Shown: positions 9,271 to 19,394, counted from the stretch's first letter. The stretch: 64,000 nt of DNA from Dehalococcoidia bacterium (GCA_963663235.2 CAXXNO010000004.1:800001-864000); one strand, 5' to 3'. Numbers and translations: made by a program. The notes: generated from the sequence alone by a model not told the origin.

Positions 9271-11061
9271 ATGGCGAAGGACGACAGCAGCGCGGCGACA
9301 GCGCTAGTGGACCCGGTCACCTACGAGTTGGTGCGCAACACCATCCTGGCGATCTCCACGGAGATGGCGATGGTGGTGTCGAAGAGCGCGTACTCGACGG
9401 CGATCAACGAGGGGATGGACTTCGCCAACGCGACGTACGACTGTCATGGCCAACTGCTGTCGCAAGGGGAGTTCGACCTGCCGGCTTTCGTGGGCATCTC
9501 GATGCTGGCCATCCCCGAGGTCGTCCGCGCCATCGGCCGGGAGAACATGGCGCCGGGCGACATCTACATGATCAACGACCCGTATGTCGCCAGCACGCAC
9601 TGCAACGACATTCACTTCGTGAAGCCGGTGTTCTACGAGGGCGACATCGTGGCGTTCCTCTCGTCCACGGCGCACTGGAGCGACGTGGGCGGGGTGGTGC
9701 CGGGGACGTTGAACCTCAGCGCGAAGACGCACTTTGAGGAAGGGATGCGGATCCCGGCCGTCACCATCGTCAAGCGGGGCGAGTTGCAGCAGGACCTGGT
9801 GCGGCTCCTGCTGGCAAACATGCGGCAGGCGTGGGAACGGATGGGCGATCTGAACGCGCAGATCGCGGCGCTGCGGACGGGCGATGGCCGCGTGGTGGAG
9901 CTTGTGGAGAAGCGCGGGGTGGCGAAGACGTTGGCCGCCTTTGAGGAGATGCAGAACCACACGGAGCGGCTGGTGCGTGCGGCGTTCCGCTCGATCCCAG
10001 ACGGGGTGTACGAGGCGGAGGACCTGATCGACCAGGACCTGGCCACGGGCGAGCCGGTGGCGATCCGGCTGAAACTGACCGTTGACGGGGATCACGCGAT
10101 CTTCGACCTGACGGAGAGCGACGACGCGGCGGGGTCTGGGATCAACGGCACGATCGCCGCCACGACCTCCTCGATTTACAACGCCACGGGGGCGATCCTG
10201 CCGCCGATGCCGATGAACGCGGGCTTGATGCGGGCGATTGAGATCAAGACGCGGAAGGGGTCGATCTGCCACGCGCAACCGCCGGTGGCGATCTCCGGCA
10301 CCGCGGCGACGAGCCTAGAGTGCACCTTCGCCGCGGTGGTCAAGGCGCTCAGCGAAGCGCTGCCCGAACGCGGGGCGGGGATATCGTCCACGGTCCACAA
10401 CACCTGCTACAGCGGCGTGGATGGGCGGAGCGGCTTCGGGGAGCCGTTTATCGAATACGTCTGGGCGGTGGGGGGCATGGGCGGGACGAAGTACACCGAT
10501 GGCGGAAGCGTCCTGGGTTCCCCGTACGCCGCCAGCATCACCAACATCCCGGTGGAGCTGCAGGAGCGCCGCTATCCGTTGCTGTGGAGCCGGTACATGC
10601 TCTTGGCGGACTCCGCCGGCCCGGGCCGGTCTCGGGGCGGACTGGCCCTGACGCAGGAGTGCGGCTTTCCGTACCAGCCGGGCCGGCTGAACAGCTTCGG
10701 GAACCGGGAACGGTTCGGCCCACCGGGCGTCTTCGACGGCGGTGACGGCCAGACGGCGGGGCTGATCCTCAACCGCGGCACAGAGAGCGAACAGCGGATG
10801 AGCTCCTTCTCCACGCAGGTGCGCGTCAACGTGGGCGACACGCTGTCGCTGTGGTCCAACGGCGGGGGCGGGTACGGCGATGCGCTGGAGCGGCCGCTGG
10901 AGAATGTGGTGGAGGACGTCAAGGACGGGTACGTGACCACCGCTGCGGCGCGCGAGCAGTACGGAGTGGTGATCAAGCATCTGGACCTCCGCACATTGGC
11001 GTGCAAAGTGGACCAAAAGGCCACGGAGAAGCTGCGCCGGGAGCTGCGGGCCGCGCGGTAG
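9271..11061 (+). CDS. Hydantoinase B / 5-oxoprolinase family protein (paralog 1)
   Basis: DPVTYELVRN, PGDIYMINDPY..STHCND, HWSDVGG, EEGMRIP, DSAGPGRSRGG, GGGGYGD. Start ATG 9271 has an AAAGGA RBS; the ORF-track start runs through the repeat. Confidence 0.9.
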   Translation: MAKDDSSAATALVDPVTYELVRNTILAISTEMAMVVSKSAYSTAINEGMDFANATYDCHGQLLSQGEFDLPAFVGISMLAIPEVVRAIGRENMAPGDIYMINDPYVASTHCNDIHFVKPVFYEGDIVAFLSSTAHWSDVGGVVPGTLNLSAKTHFEEGMRIPAVTIVKRGELQQDLVRLLLANMRQAWERMGDLNAQIAALRTGDGRVVELVEKRGVAKTLAAFEEMQNHTERLVRAAFRSIPDGVYEAEDLIDQDLATGEPVAIRLKLTVDGDHAIFDLTESDDAAGSGINGTIAATTSSIYNATGAILPPMPMNAGLMRAIEIKTRKGSICHAQPPVAISGTAATSLECTFAAVVKALSEALPERGAGISSTVHNTCYSGVDGRSGFGEPFIEYVWAVGGMGGTKYTDGGSVLGSPYAASITNIPVELQERRYPLLWSRYMLLADSAGPGRSRGGLALTQECGFPYQPGRLNSFGNRERFGPPGVFDGGDGQTAGLILNRGTESEQRMSSFSTQVRVNVGDTLSLWSNGGGGYGDALERPLENVVEDVKDGYVTTAAAREQYGVVIKHLDLRTLACKVDQKATEKLRRELRAAR

Positions 11062-11141
11062 GCCCGGCGTCGCGAGCGAGGATCCGTCATCCGGCGCCCG
11101 GCTTGTCCGGCGCGGCTCCGACGCCGTCGGCGGAGGAACGA

Positions 11142-12932
11142 ATGGCGAAGCGCGCTCCCCCTGAGTGGGCGACCAGACAGATCGATCCCGTGACCTACGA
11201 GATCGTGCGTAACGCGTTCGTGGCCGTGTGCGCCGAGATGGCGCTGGTGGTGTCGAAGAGCGCGTACTCCCCGACCGTGAATGAGGGGAAGGACTTCGCC
11301 GGCACGGTGTCCGATCGCGACGGCAACCTGGTGGCGCAGAGCGAGTTCGACCTGCCGGCGTTCGTCGGGCTGGGCATGTTCACCGTCAAAGAGGTGATGC
11401 GGGCCGTGGGCGTGGAGAACATGGCGCCCGGAGATATTTACATCATCAACGACCCGTACGTGGCCAGCACGCACTGCAACGACGTGCACTTCATGAAGCC
11501 GGTTTTCTTCGGCGGCGAGCGGGTGGCGTTCCTGGAGTCGACCGCGCACTGGACCGACGTGGGCGGGCCGCTCCCGAGCTCATTGAACTCGATGGCGCGG
11601 TCGTACTTCGAAGAGGGGCTGCGCATCCCGGCGGTGAAGATCTTTGATCGAGGCGAGGTCTGCCAGGACATGCTCTCGCTGCTGCTGCTGAACATGCGTG
11701 AGCCCTGGGAACGGATGGGCGATCTCAACGCCCAGTGCGCGGCGCTGCGGATCGGGGACAGCCGGGTCACGGCGATGGTCGAGAAGCACGGCGCGGCGAC
11801 CGTCCGCGCCTGCATGGCGGAGATGCAAGACCGTTCCGAAGTGATGGTGCGGGCGATCCTGCGCGACCTACCGGACGGCGTGTACGAGGCGGCCGACCAG
11901 AACGACCGAGACTCCGCCACGGGCGAGCCGGTCACGTTCCGGGTGAAGTTGACCATCGACGGCGACGGGGCGGTCTTCGACCTCAGCGAGAGCGACGACG
12001 CGGTCGATTCCGCCATCAATACGAGCATTGTGTCGACGACCTCGTCGATCTTCAACGCGATGGGATCGGTGTTGCCCCCGGTCCCCATGAACGCCGGGGT
12101 GATGCGGGCGGTGGCGATCAAGGCGCGGCGCGGGTCGATCTGCTACGCGGAACCGCCGCGCGCCGTCTCCACGCAAGCGACCAGCATGGAGATCATCATC
12201 GCCGCGGGAGCGGCGGCGCTGAGCCAGGCGCTGCCCGAGCGGGGGGCGGGGACCTGCTCCACCGTGCTCAACACCGCCTACGCCGGCTACGACGAGCGGC
12301 CGGGTTACGAGGCCACGTTTTTGGAGTACGTCTGGGCCGTGGGCGGCATGGGCGGGACGAAGGACAGGGACGGATCGAACGTGGTGGGGTCCGCCTGGGC
12401 GGCGACGATCCAGAACATCCCAGTGGAGTTGCAAGAGCGTCGCTACCCGCTGTTCTGGCAGAGCAACATGCTGCTGCCCGACTCGGGCGGGCCGGGGCGA
12501 TCGCGGGGCGGGCTGGCGCTGCGACAGGTCTGCGCGTTCACGTTCCAGGGCGGCACCCTCACCAACTTCGGGAACCGCGAGCGAGTGGGGCCGCCGGGGA
12601 TCTTTGAGGGAAAGGCGGGCGCGACCGCGGGGCTGGTGCTGAACGCGGGCAGCGAGCGGGAACGGGTGGTGGGGCTGGTGGCATCGAACGTGCCGGTGGA
12701 ACGAGGGGAGACGCTCACCTACTGGTCCGCCGGCGGGGGCGGTTACGGCGATCCGCTGGAGCGCGCCGTGGACCGGGTGCTGGAAGACATCAAGGACGAC
12801 TACGTCTCGCCGGTTGCGGCGCGCGAGCAGTACGGCGTGGTGGTGCAGGAGATCGACCGTCGGAGGCTGCGGTACGAGGTGGACCACGCGGCCACAGAGG
12901 CGCTTCGCCGGGAGATGCGGGCTCGGGCGTAG
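11142..12932 (+). CDS. Hydantoinase B / 5-oxoprolinase family protein (paralog 2)
   Basis: Same motifs as paralog 1 (NDPYVASTHCND, HWTDVGG, GGGGYGDP); GGAGG RBS before ATG 11142. Confidence 0.9.
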   Translation: MAKRAPPEWATRQIDPVTYEIVRNAFVAVCAEMALVVSKSAYSPTVNEGKDFAGTVSDRDGNLVAQSEFDLPAFVGLGMFTVKEVMRAVGVENMAPGDIYIINDPYVASTHCNDVHFMKPVFFGGERVAFLESTAHWTDVGGPLPSSLNSMARSYFEEGLRIPAVKIFDRGEVCQDMLSLLLLNMREPWERMGDLNAQCAALRIGDSRVTAMVEKHGAATVRACMAEMQDRSEVMVRAILRDLPDGVYEAADQNDRDSATGEPVTFRVKLTIDGDGAVFDLSESDDAVDSAINTSIVSTTSSIFNAMGSVLPPVPMNAGVMRAVAIKARRGSICYAEPPRAVSTQATSMEIIIAAGAAALSQALPERGAGTCSTVLNTAYAGYDERPGYEATFLEYVWAVGGMGGTKDRDGSNVVGSAWAATIQNIPVELQERRYPLFWQSNMLLPDSGGPGRSRGGLALRQVCAFTFQGGTLTNFGNRERVGPPGIFEGKAGATAGLVLNAGSERERVVGLVASNVPVERGETLTYWSAGGGGYGDPLERAVDRVLEDIKDDYVSPVAAREQYGVVVQEIDRRRLRYEVDHAATEALRREMRARA

Positions 12933-12956
12933 GCGGCCGCCGGTGAACGAGGAGCG

Positions 12957-14255
12957 ATGAGCGCAGAGACGAGCACGGATTTCGAGCCCTATCTGGCCCC
13001 CTCGCGGGGGGAGCGGACCGGGCGGCGGGTGGAGATTGCGACCGCGCTGGCGTCGATTGGGGATGGGGCGCGGGTCTACATCGGCAACGCCTGCAGCGTG
13101 CCGCTGCAACTCCTGGACGAGGTGATCGCCGAGCGCGGGCGGTGGAGCGACCTGGAGATCGTCTTTGGCATCCAGGTCGCGGAGATCCCGCTGATGAAGC
13201 ACGCGGGCGCGCCGTTCCGCTTCACCACCTTGCAACCCAACCCCAACCTGCGGGCGGCCAGCGAGGCCGGCGCGGTGACCGCGATCCCGGCCCGCATCTC
13301 CGACGTCCCCACCCTCTTCACGCCCTTCGGCGTGTACCCGGTCGACGCCGTCCTGGTGCAAGTCAGCGCGCCGGGGCCAGAGGGCCGCTTCAGCCTGGGC
13401 ACGTCGACCGGCATGGCGATCGACGCGGTGCGGAGCGCGCCGCTGGTGATTGCGCAAGTCAACCAGGAGATGCCGTACACGTTCGGCGCGGGGGAGCTGC
13501 GACGGGACGAATTCGATTACCTCGTGGAGATGGACGGGCCGCTGGTGGAGCTGAAACGGGCGCCCCCCGGCCCGGTAGAGGAAGCGATCGCCGAGCAAGT
13601 GGTCGCGCTGGTTCCGGACGAGGCAACGTTGCAATTCGGGATCGGCGCAGTGCCGGAGGCGATGAGCGCGCGGTTGGGGCAGCGGCGGGACCTTGGCATG
13701 CACTCCGGCATGATCAGCGACGGCGTGATCGAGCTCGTCGAGAGCGGAGCGCTGACCGACAGGCGCAAGTCGATGGACCGAGGCACGATGATCACGGGCG
13801 AGCTGATGGGCACGCGGCGCCTGTTCGACTGGGCGCATCGCAATCCGTTGGTGCGCATGGCACCGCCGGCGTACACGCACGGGCTGGCCGTCCTCTCGCG
13901 CTGCCACCGCTTCACCGCGATCAACTCGGCGGTGGAGGTATCGCAGTACGGCGACGTCAACGGGGAGTCGATCGCCGGGCGGCTGATCTCGGGGCCCGGG
14001 GGCCAGCCGGACTTCGCGGAAGGGGCGCTGCGGTGCGCGGAGGGCCTGAGCATCGTGGCGCTGCCGTCGACGGCCGCGGCCGGCAAGGTCTCGCGGATCG
14101 TGCCGCGGGTGGACACGGTGACGGTGCCGCGGCACCAAGTGGACCGGGTGGTCACGGAGTACGGCGTGGCCGCGTTGCATGCCCGGCCGCTGCCGGACCG
14201 CGCCGCGGCGATGCGGGCGATCGCCCATCCGGACTTTCGCGCGTCGCTGACTTGA
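12957..14255 (+). CDS. Acetyl-CoA hydrolase/transferase (4-hydroxybutyrate CoA-transferase-like)
   Basis: TLQFGIGAVP, AINSAVEV...G.VN.E, SGPGGQPDF, VVTEYGVA. Confidence 0.85.
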   Translation: MSAETSTDFEPYLAPSRGERTGRRVEIATALASIGDGARVYIGNACSVPLQLLDEVIAERGRWSDLEIVFGIQVAEIPLMKHAGAPFRFTTLQPNPNLRAASEAGAVTAIPARISDVPTLFTPFGVYPVDAVLVQVSAPGPEGRFSLGTSTGMAIDAVRSAPLVIAQVNQEMPYTFGAGELRRDEFDYLVEMDGPLVELKRAPPGPVEEAIAEQVVALVPDEATLQFGIGAVPEAMSARLGQRRDLGMHSGMISDGVIELVESGALTDRRKSMDRGTMITGELMGTRRLFDWAHRNPLVRMAPPAYTHGLAVLSRCHRFTAINSAVEVSQYGDVNGESIAGRLISGPGGQPDFAEGALRCAEGLSIVALPSTAAAGKVSRIVPRVDTVTVPRHQVDRVVTEYGVAALHARPLPDRAAAMRAIAHPDFRASLT

Positions 14256-14321
14256 CGGCACCGAGCCGCCCGCCCATCCTGTCCCCGGTCCGAATGGCGC
14301 ACGACGAGAGGCGGACGGGTC

Positions 14322-15266
14322 ATGCCGACAATGCCAACTGAAGAAGAGGTCCTGGGCTACTTTCAAACGTTGTCCAACTGGGGGCGCTGGGGCGCAGACG
14401 ACCAGATCGGGGCGCTGAACCTGATCACGCCGGCGAAGCGTCGGGATGCGGCGGCGCTGGTGAGCGAAGGGGTATCGGTCTCCTGCGCCTGGGACATCCA
14501 GTCCGCTGCGGAGCCCGACCCCGCGTACCGCCGGCCGCAGCGGCTCATGCTCGGCACGGGGGAGGATCTGCCGGACCCGGCGGGGGGCACCCGCCACGGG
14601 TTCGCCTGGGAGTTCATTGGGCTGATCTATCACGGTTTCGCCGTGACCCACCTGGACAGCATCGCGCACGTGTTCTGGGACAAGAAGATGTACAACGGCG
14701 TGCCGGCGGAGCGCGTGACGAAACAGGAGGGGGCCCAGGACTTCGCCGTGAGCGTGCTCAAGGACGGGGTGGTATCGCGGGGGGTGCTGCTGGACGTGGC
14801 GGCCGCCAAGGGCAAGAAGTGGCTGGACCCCGACGAGCCCGTGTACCCCGAGGATCTGGAGGCCGCCGAACGGCGCGAGAACGTGCACGTGAGCGAGGGC
14901 GACGTGCTGTTCCTTCGGACGGGGTTCGCGCGGCGGCGGCGAGCGCCCAAGGAGGATCGGGGCGACACCAGCGCCACCGCGAGCTGGCAGGCGGCGTGCC
15001 TGCCGTGGCTGCACGCGCGCGGCGTGGCGATGATCGGGTCCGACACCGCGAACGACGTGAGCCCGCAGCAATACGAGGGCTTCATCAACCCGATGCACCT
15101 GGTGGGGGTGACGGCGATGGGGTTGTGGCTCATCGACAATTGCGACCTGGAGGCGCTGTCCAAGGCCTGCGAGCAGTACAACCGCTGGGCGTTCCACTTC
15201 ACGCTGGCGCCGCTGCGCTGGCTGGGCGCGTCCGGCTGTCCGGTGAATCCGATCGCGCTGTTCTGA
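14322..15266 (+). CDS. Cyclase family metal-dependent hydrolase (kynurenine formamidase-like), paralog 1
   Basis: NWGRWGADDQIGALN, HGFAVTHLDSIAH, RGVLLDV, GDVLFLRTG, GCPVNPIA. Confidence 0.88.
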   Translation: MPTMPTEEEVLGYFQTLSNWGRWGADDQIGALNLITPAKRRDAAALVSEGVSVSCAWDIQSAAEPDPAYRRPQRLMLGTGEDLPDPAGGTRHGFAWEFIGLIYHGFAVTHLDSIAHVFWDKKMYNGVPAERVTKQEGAQDFAVSVLKDGVVSRGVLLDVAAAKGKKWLDPDEPVYPEDLEAAERRENVHVSEGDVLFLRTGFARRRRAPKEDRGDTSATASWQAACLPWLHARGVAMIGSDTANDVSPQQYEGFINPMHLVGVTAMGLWLIDNCDLEALSKACEQYNRWAFHFTLAPLRWLGASGCPVNPIALF

Positions 15267-15291
15267 GCGGACGTCAGCGAGAGGCTGCGCC

Positions 15292-16239
15292 ATGCCGACG
15301 GTCCCCCGAGAAGACGAGGTCCTGGCCTATTTCGAGACACTGTCGAACTGGGGGCGGTGGGGCGCCGACGACCAACTGGGCACGCTCAACCTGGTGACGC
15401 CGGCGACGCGGCGGGAGGCGGCGGCGCTGGTGACCGAGGGGACCGCCGTCTCCTGCGCGTGGGACATCCAGTCCGTCGCGGATCCCGACCCGGCCTCCGG
15501 CCGCCCGATGCGGATCATGCTGGGGAGCGGCGAGAACCCGGCGGAGATGGAGCCGGGAGGGCGGGCGTCGTTCGCGCTGGACTTTCTCGGCGTCGCCTAT
15601 CACGGCTTCTCCGTCACGCACCTGGACGGGCTCTGCCACGCCTTTTGGGACAAGCAGATGTACAACGGCATTCCGGCGGCCAAGGTCACGGACCGCGAGG
15701 GGGCGACTGAGCTCTCCATCCACGCACTGCAAGACGGCGTGGCGACTCGCGGGGTGCTGCTGGACGTGGCCGCGCTCAAGGACACGGCGTGGCTGGAGCC
15801 GGGCGAGGCCGTCTTCCCCGAGGACCTGGAGGCGGCCGAAGATCGCCAGGGGGTCCGGGTCCAGGAAGGCGACGCCCTGTTGCTGCGAACGGGCTGGGGG
15901 CGTCGCAAGCGGGAGCCGAAGAGCAACCGCCCCTCGACCGCTGGCGCCTACCCCGGCTGGCACGCCGCCTGCCTGCCGTGGTTCCGCGAGCGGGGCGTGG
16001 CGATGATCGGCGCCGACACCGGCAACGACGCCTATCCGTCCGGATACGACAGCCTGGCGCACCCGATCCACTCGATCGGGATGGTGGCCATGGGGCTGTG
16101 GCACATCGACAACTGCGACCTGGAGGAACTGGCGAGCGCCTGCGAGCGACTCCAGCGCAGCGCGTTCCACTTCTCCCTGGCACCGCTGCGCTGGGTGGGC
16201 GCCACCGGCTGTCCCGTGAACCCCATCGCGGAGTTCTGA
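15292..16239 (+). CDS. Cyclase family metal-dependent hydrolase, paralog 2
   Basis: NWGRWGADDQLGTLN, HGFSVTHLDGLCH, GCPVNPIA. Confidence 0.88.
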   Translation: MPTVPREDEVLAYFETLSNWGRWGADDQLGTLNLVTPATRREAAALVTEGTAVSCAWDIQSVADPDPASGRPMRIMLGSGENPAEMEPGGRASFALDFLGVAYHGFSVTHLDGLCHAFWDKQMYNGIPAAKVTDREGATELSIHALQDGVATRGVLLDVAALKDTAWLEPGEAVFPEDLEAAEDRQGVRVQEGDALLLRTGWGRRKREPKSNRPSTAGAYPGWHAACLPWFRERGVAMIGADTGNDAYPSGYDSLAHPIHSIGMVAMGLWHIDNCDLEELASACERLQRSAFHFSLAPLRWVGATGCPVNPIAEF

Positions 16240-16272
16240 GCGGGCAAACGCCCGGTACGGTGTGGCGTGGCC

Positions 16273-17085
16273 CTAGCGGCCGGTGAAGACGGGCTCGCGC
16301 TTGTCCACCCAGGCCGCGGTGGCCTCGCGGTGGTCCTCCGTGCTCATCGAGAGCCGCTCCCAGGCCAACCCGGCGTCAAGAACCGCTTCCACCCGCTGTT
16401 TGAGCAGTTTGTTGATGGTGACCTTGGTGGCCCGCACGGCGAAGGGGGCCATCCCGGCCAGGCGGTTCGCCAGATCCATGGTGAAGGTCTCCAGGTCATC
16501 GTGAGGCACCAGGTGATTGACGATGCCGAGGCGGAGGAGATCATCGCCCATGATCAGTTCGCCCGTCATCAAGAGCTCCTTGGCTTTGTTGATGCCCATC
16601 AGCAGCGGCCAGATCACGGCGCCCCCATCGCCGGCGACGAGGCCCACGTTGACGTGGCGATCTCCGATGCGGGCGCGGTCCGAGGCGACGACGACATCGC
16701 AGAGCAGGGCGATGGTGGCGCCGAGGCCGACGGCCGCTCCGTTGACCATCGCCAGCAGCGGCTTCTGCAGGTCCAGCATGGAGTGGACGATCTCCTGCGC
16801 CTCGCCGCGCACCTGGGCGGGGTCGCGCCGCACGAGGACGTTGGAGCCGCTATCGCTCTCACTCATGCCCTTGACGTCGCCGCCGGAGCAGAAGGCTCGG
16901 CCCGCGCCCGTCAGGAGCACGACACGCGATTCGTCGTCGTCGTTGGCGTCGCGGAAGATCGTGGCGAGCTCTGCGTGGAGACGGCCGTTCACGGCGTTGA
17001 GCCGTTCCGGCCGGTTGAGGGTGAGCACCAGCACCGCGCCCCGGCGGTCGATTTGGATGTGCTCGTAGCGCGAGAAGTCCGTCAT
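16273..17085 (-). CDS. Enoyl-CoA hydratase/isomerase family protein
   Basis: LNRPERLNA, TGAGRAFCSGGD, NGAAVGLG, GLVAGDGG; GGAGG RBS before ATG 17085. Confidence 0.9.
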   Translation of the reverse strand: MTDFSRYEHIQIDRRGAVLVLTLNRPERLNAVNGRLHAELATIFRDANDDDESRVVLLTGAGRAFCSGGDVKGMSESDSGSNVLVRRDPAQVRGEAQEIVHSMLDLQKPLLAMVNGAAVGLGATIALLCDVVVASDRARIGDRHVNVGLVAGDGGAVIWPLLMGINKAKELLMTGELIMGDDLLRLGIVNHLVPHDDLETFTMDLANRLAGMAPFAVRATKVTINKLLKQRVEAVLDAGLAWERLSMSTEDHREATAAWVDKREPVFTGR

Positions 17086-17190
17086 CGTTTCACCTCCACC
17101 AGCCCGGAAGTCGCGCACCGTGTGGAGCGTGGAACCGGCCGAGCACGCGCATGCTAGGACCACTCGTCGCGCAGCGGAACCGCCAGCGGC

Positions 17191-18033
17191 CTACGCCATG
17201 CCGTACTGCTCGGCCAATTGGGTGGCGTCCCCCATGCCGATGAAGGCGCTGAACTCACGCATGCGGCAGGTGCGGTCGCGGTAGTTGGGGATGACCCCCT
17301 GCTGGTTGAGGTCGTGGAGCATGTCGCGCACAGCCTTGTACGCCACGAATAGGGATGCGCCGGGGTAGATGGCCAGCTTGGTCCCGGCGCGCTCGAGATC
17401 CTGGCGCGACTCGGGACCGGCCAGGTTGACGAGGGGAGCCGGCAGAGCCTGGGCGACGGCGGGCGAGTCATCAAGGCGGAGGCCGGGGAGCATGAGCAGA
17501 TCGGCGCCGGCGGCGGCGTAGGCGCGGGCGCGCTCCAGGGCATCGTCCAACGAGTTGACCGAGATGGCATCGGTGCGGCCGATGATGACGAAGTCGGGGT
17601 CGGTGCGGGCGTCGACGGCGGCGCGGATGCGCTGCACGGCGTCCTGGGTGGAAACGAGCCGGTCCGGGTGGCCGAGGAAGTGTTTGCCGAGGACAAGATC
17701 CTCGATGTGCACGCCCGCTAAACCGGCGCGCTCGCAGAGGCGCACGGTGCGGCGGACGTTGAGGGGAGCGCCGCCGCCATCGTCGATGTCGGCAACGACG
17801 GGGATCTCCACCGCCGCCGTCACGTTGCGGGCCTGCGTCAGCAGTTCGGTCATGGTGATCAGGGAATGGTCAGGGATGCCGAGCATGCTTGCCGAGCCGG
17901 CGTAGCCGCCCAGATACAGCGCGTCGAAGCCCTGGGCCTCGACGAGCTTGGCCGTCATGGCGTCGTGGGCGCCGGGCGCCACGAGCATCTCCGGCCGGTT
18001 GAGCAATTCGCGTAGACGCGACGTCGCTTTCAT
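17191..18033 (-). CDS. Isocitrate lyase/PEP mutase superfamily enzyme (PrpB-like, atypical active-site loop)
   Basis: APGAHDAMTA, ADIDDGGG, HIED, IIGRTDA, AYAAAGAD; GGAGGG RBS before ATG 18033. Confidence 0.85.
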   Translation of the reverse strand: MKATSRLRELLNRPEMLVAPGAHDAMTAKLVEAQGFDALYLGGYAGSASMLGIPDHSLITMTELLTQARNVTAAVEIPVVADIDDGGGAPLNVRRTVRLCERAGLAGVHIEDLVLGKHFLGHPDRLVSTQDAVQRIRAAVDARTDPDFVIIGRTDAISVNSLDDALERARAYAAAGADLLMLPGLRLDDSPAVAQALPAPLVNLAGPESRQDLERAGTKLAIYPGASLFVAYKAVRDMLHDLNQQGVIPNYRDRTCRMREFSAFIGMGDATQLAEQYGMA

Positions 18034-18305
18034 CGTGCTCCCCTCCCATTTCCAAGGCGACAGCGCGGCCCAATCTAGCACGGGTCGCAAGCCGTGCCGC
18101 CCTCTACCGTGCGGATCAGCGCCCCTTTCGCCGGCAGGCACACCCGCGAGACAAGGACAGCCGGCCGTGGGTCGTGGCAGGCGTCGTGATCTCACCGGCC
18201 CGGGTGATTCTCATCGCCTGGTGAGTCGCCGATGGACCGTGCAGAAGCCCACCGCCATCCGCTATGTTTATCGCCGCGAAGCAGATCACGACGAGGAGGT
18301 GAGCG

Positions 18306-19394
18306 GTGAAGGCAGCGGTCATGCGTGCCGCCAACGAACCATTGACCATTGAGGACGTGACGATCGATGAGCCGCGGGCCAGCGAGGTGCTGGTGCGCAG
18401 CGGGGCGACGGGGGTCTGCCACAGCGACCTACACTACATGAAGGGGCTCTTCCCCCAAAAGGTCCCCACCATCCTGGGCCACGAGTCCGCGGGAACGGTG
18501 GTCAAAGTCGGCGAGGGCGTCACGGGCGTCAAGCCGGATGACCAGGTGGTCCTCTCGTTCGTGCCCTCCTGCGGGCAGTGCGAGCGCTGCGTCGAAGGAC
18601 GGCCGGTGCTGTGCTCGCGGCGGGGCCGGGGCGAACGGCCCGACCGGTTGACGCAGGGCGGCGAGACGGTCCACCAGTTCGCGGGGATGTCCGCGTTCGC
18701 GGAGTACCAACTGGTGCAGGACACAGCCTGCATCCCGGTGCCGGAGGGCGTGCCGATGGAAGCCGCCTGCCTGGTGGGCTGCTCCGTGATGACGGGCTAC
18801 GGCGCGGTGGTGAACACGGCGCAGATGGAGCCCGGGTCCAGCGTGGCGGTGATCGGGTTGGGCGGGATCGGCCTGAACATTGTGCAGAGCGCGGCGCTGG
18901 CGGGGGCGAGCCGGATCATCGCGATCGACATCGCGGAGCACAAACTGGCGGCGGCGCGGCAGTTCGGAGCGACCGACACCGTGGATGCGTCCGTCGCCGA
19001 CGCGGTCGACGCGGTCAAGAAGATGACAAGGGCGACGACGGGAGGGGGCGTGGACTACGCCTTCGAGGCGATCGGGCTGGCGGCGACCGCGGAGCAGGCG
19101 TTCGCCATGGCGCGCCGGGGCGGCACCGCCGTCATCGTGGGGATGGTGGCGATGGGCGAGAAGATCAGCCTCCCGGCATCCCAGTTCCTGAATGAAAAGC
19201 GGATCATCGGGAGCTTCTACGGAAGCGCGCGCCAGGCCAAGGACATGCCGCGCCTGCTGCGGTTGTACCAGCAGGGCAAGATCAAGATCGACGAGATGAT
19301 CACGCACCGCTACACCCTGGACCAGATCAACGAGGCGTACAGCGATCTGGAAAAGGGCGTCATGCTGCGCGGCGTGATCACCTTCGAGAGCTAG
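18306..19394 (+). CDS. Zn-dependent alcohol dehydrogenase
   Basis: GVCHSD, GHE, CGQCERC...C structural Zn site, GLGGIG; GAGGAGG RBS. Confidence 0.93.
   Translation: MKAAVMRAANEPLTIEDVTIDEPRASEVLVRSGATGVCHSDLHYMKGLFPQKVPTILGHESAGTVVKVGEGVTGVKPDDQVVLSFVPSCGQCERCVEGRPVLCSRRGRGERPDRLTQGGETVHQFAGMSAFAEYQLVQDTACIPVPEGVPMEAACLVGCSVMTGYGAVVNTAQMEPGSSVAVIGLGGIGLNIVQSAALAGASRIIAIDIAEHKLAAARQFGATDTVDASVADAVDAVKKMTRATTGGGVDYAFEAIGLAATAEQAFAMARRGGTAVIVGMVAMGEKISLPASQFLNEKRIIGSFYGSARQAKDMPRLLRLYQQGKIKIDEMITHRYTLDQINEAYSDLEKGVMLRGVITFES

Noticed and set aside
11868-15293. 1141-aa minus-strand ORF
   Set aside because: Antisense shadow of well-supported plus-strand genes; typical of high-GC DNA and has no motifs.
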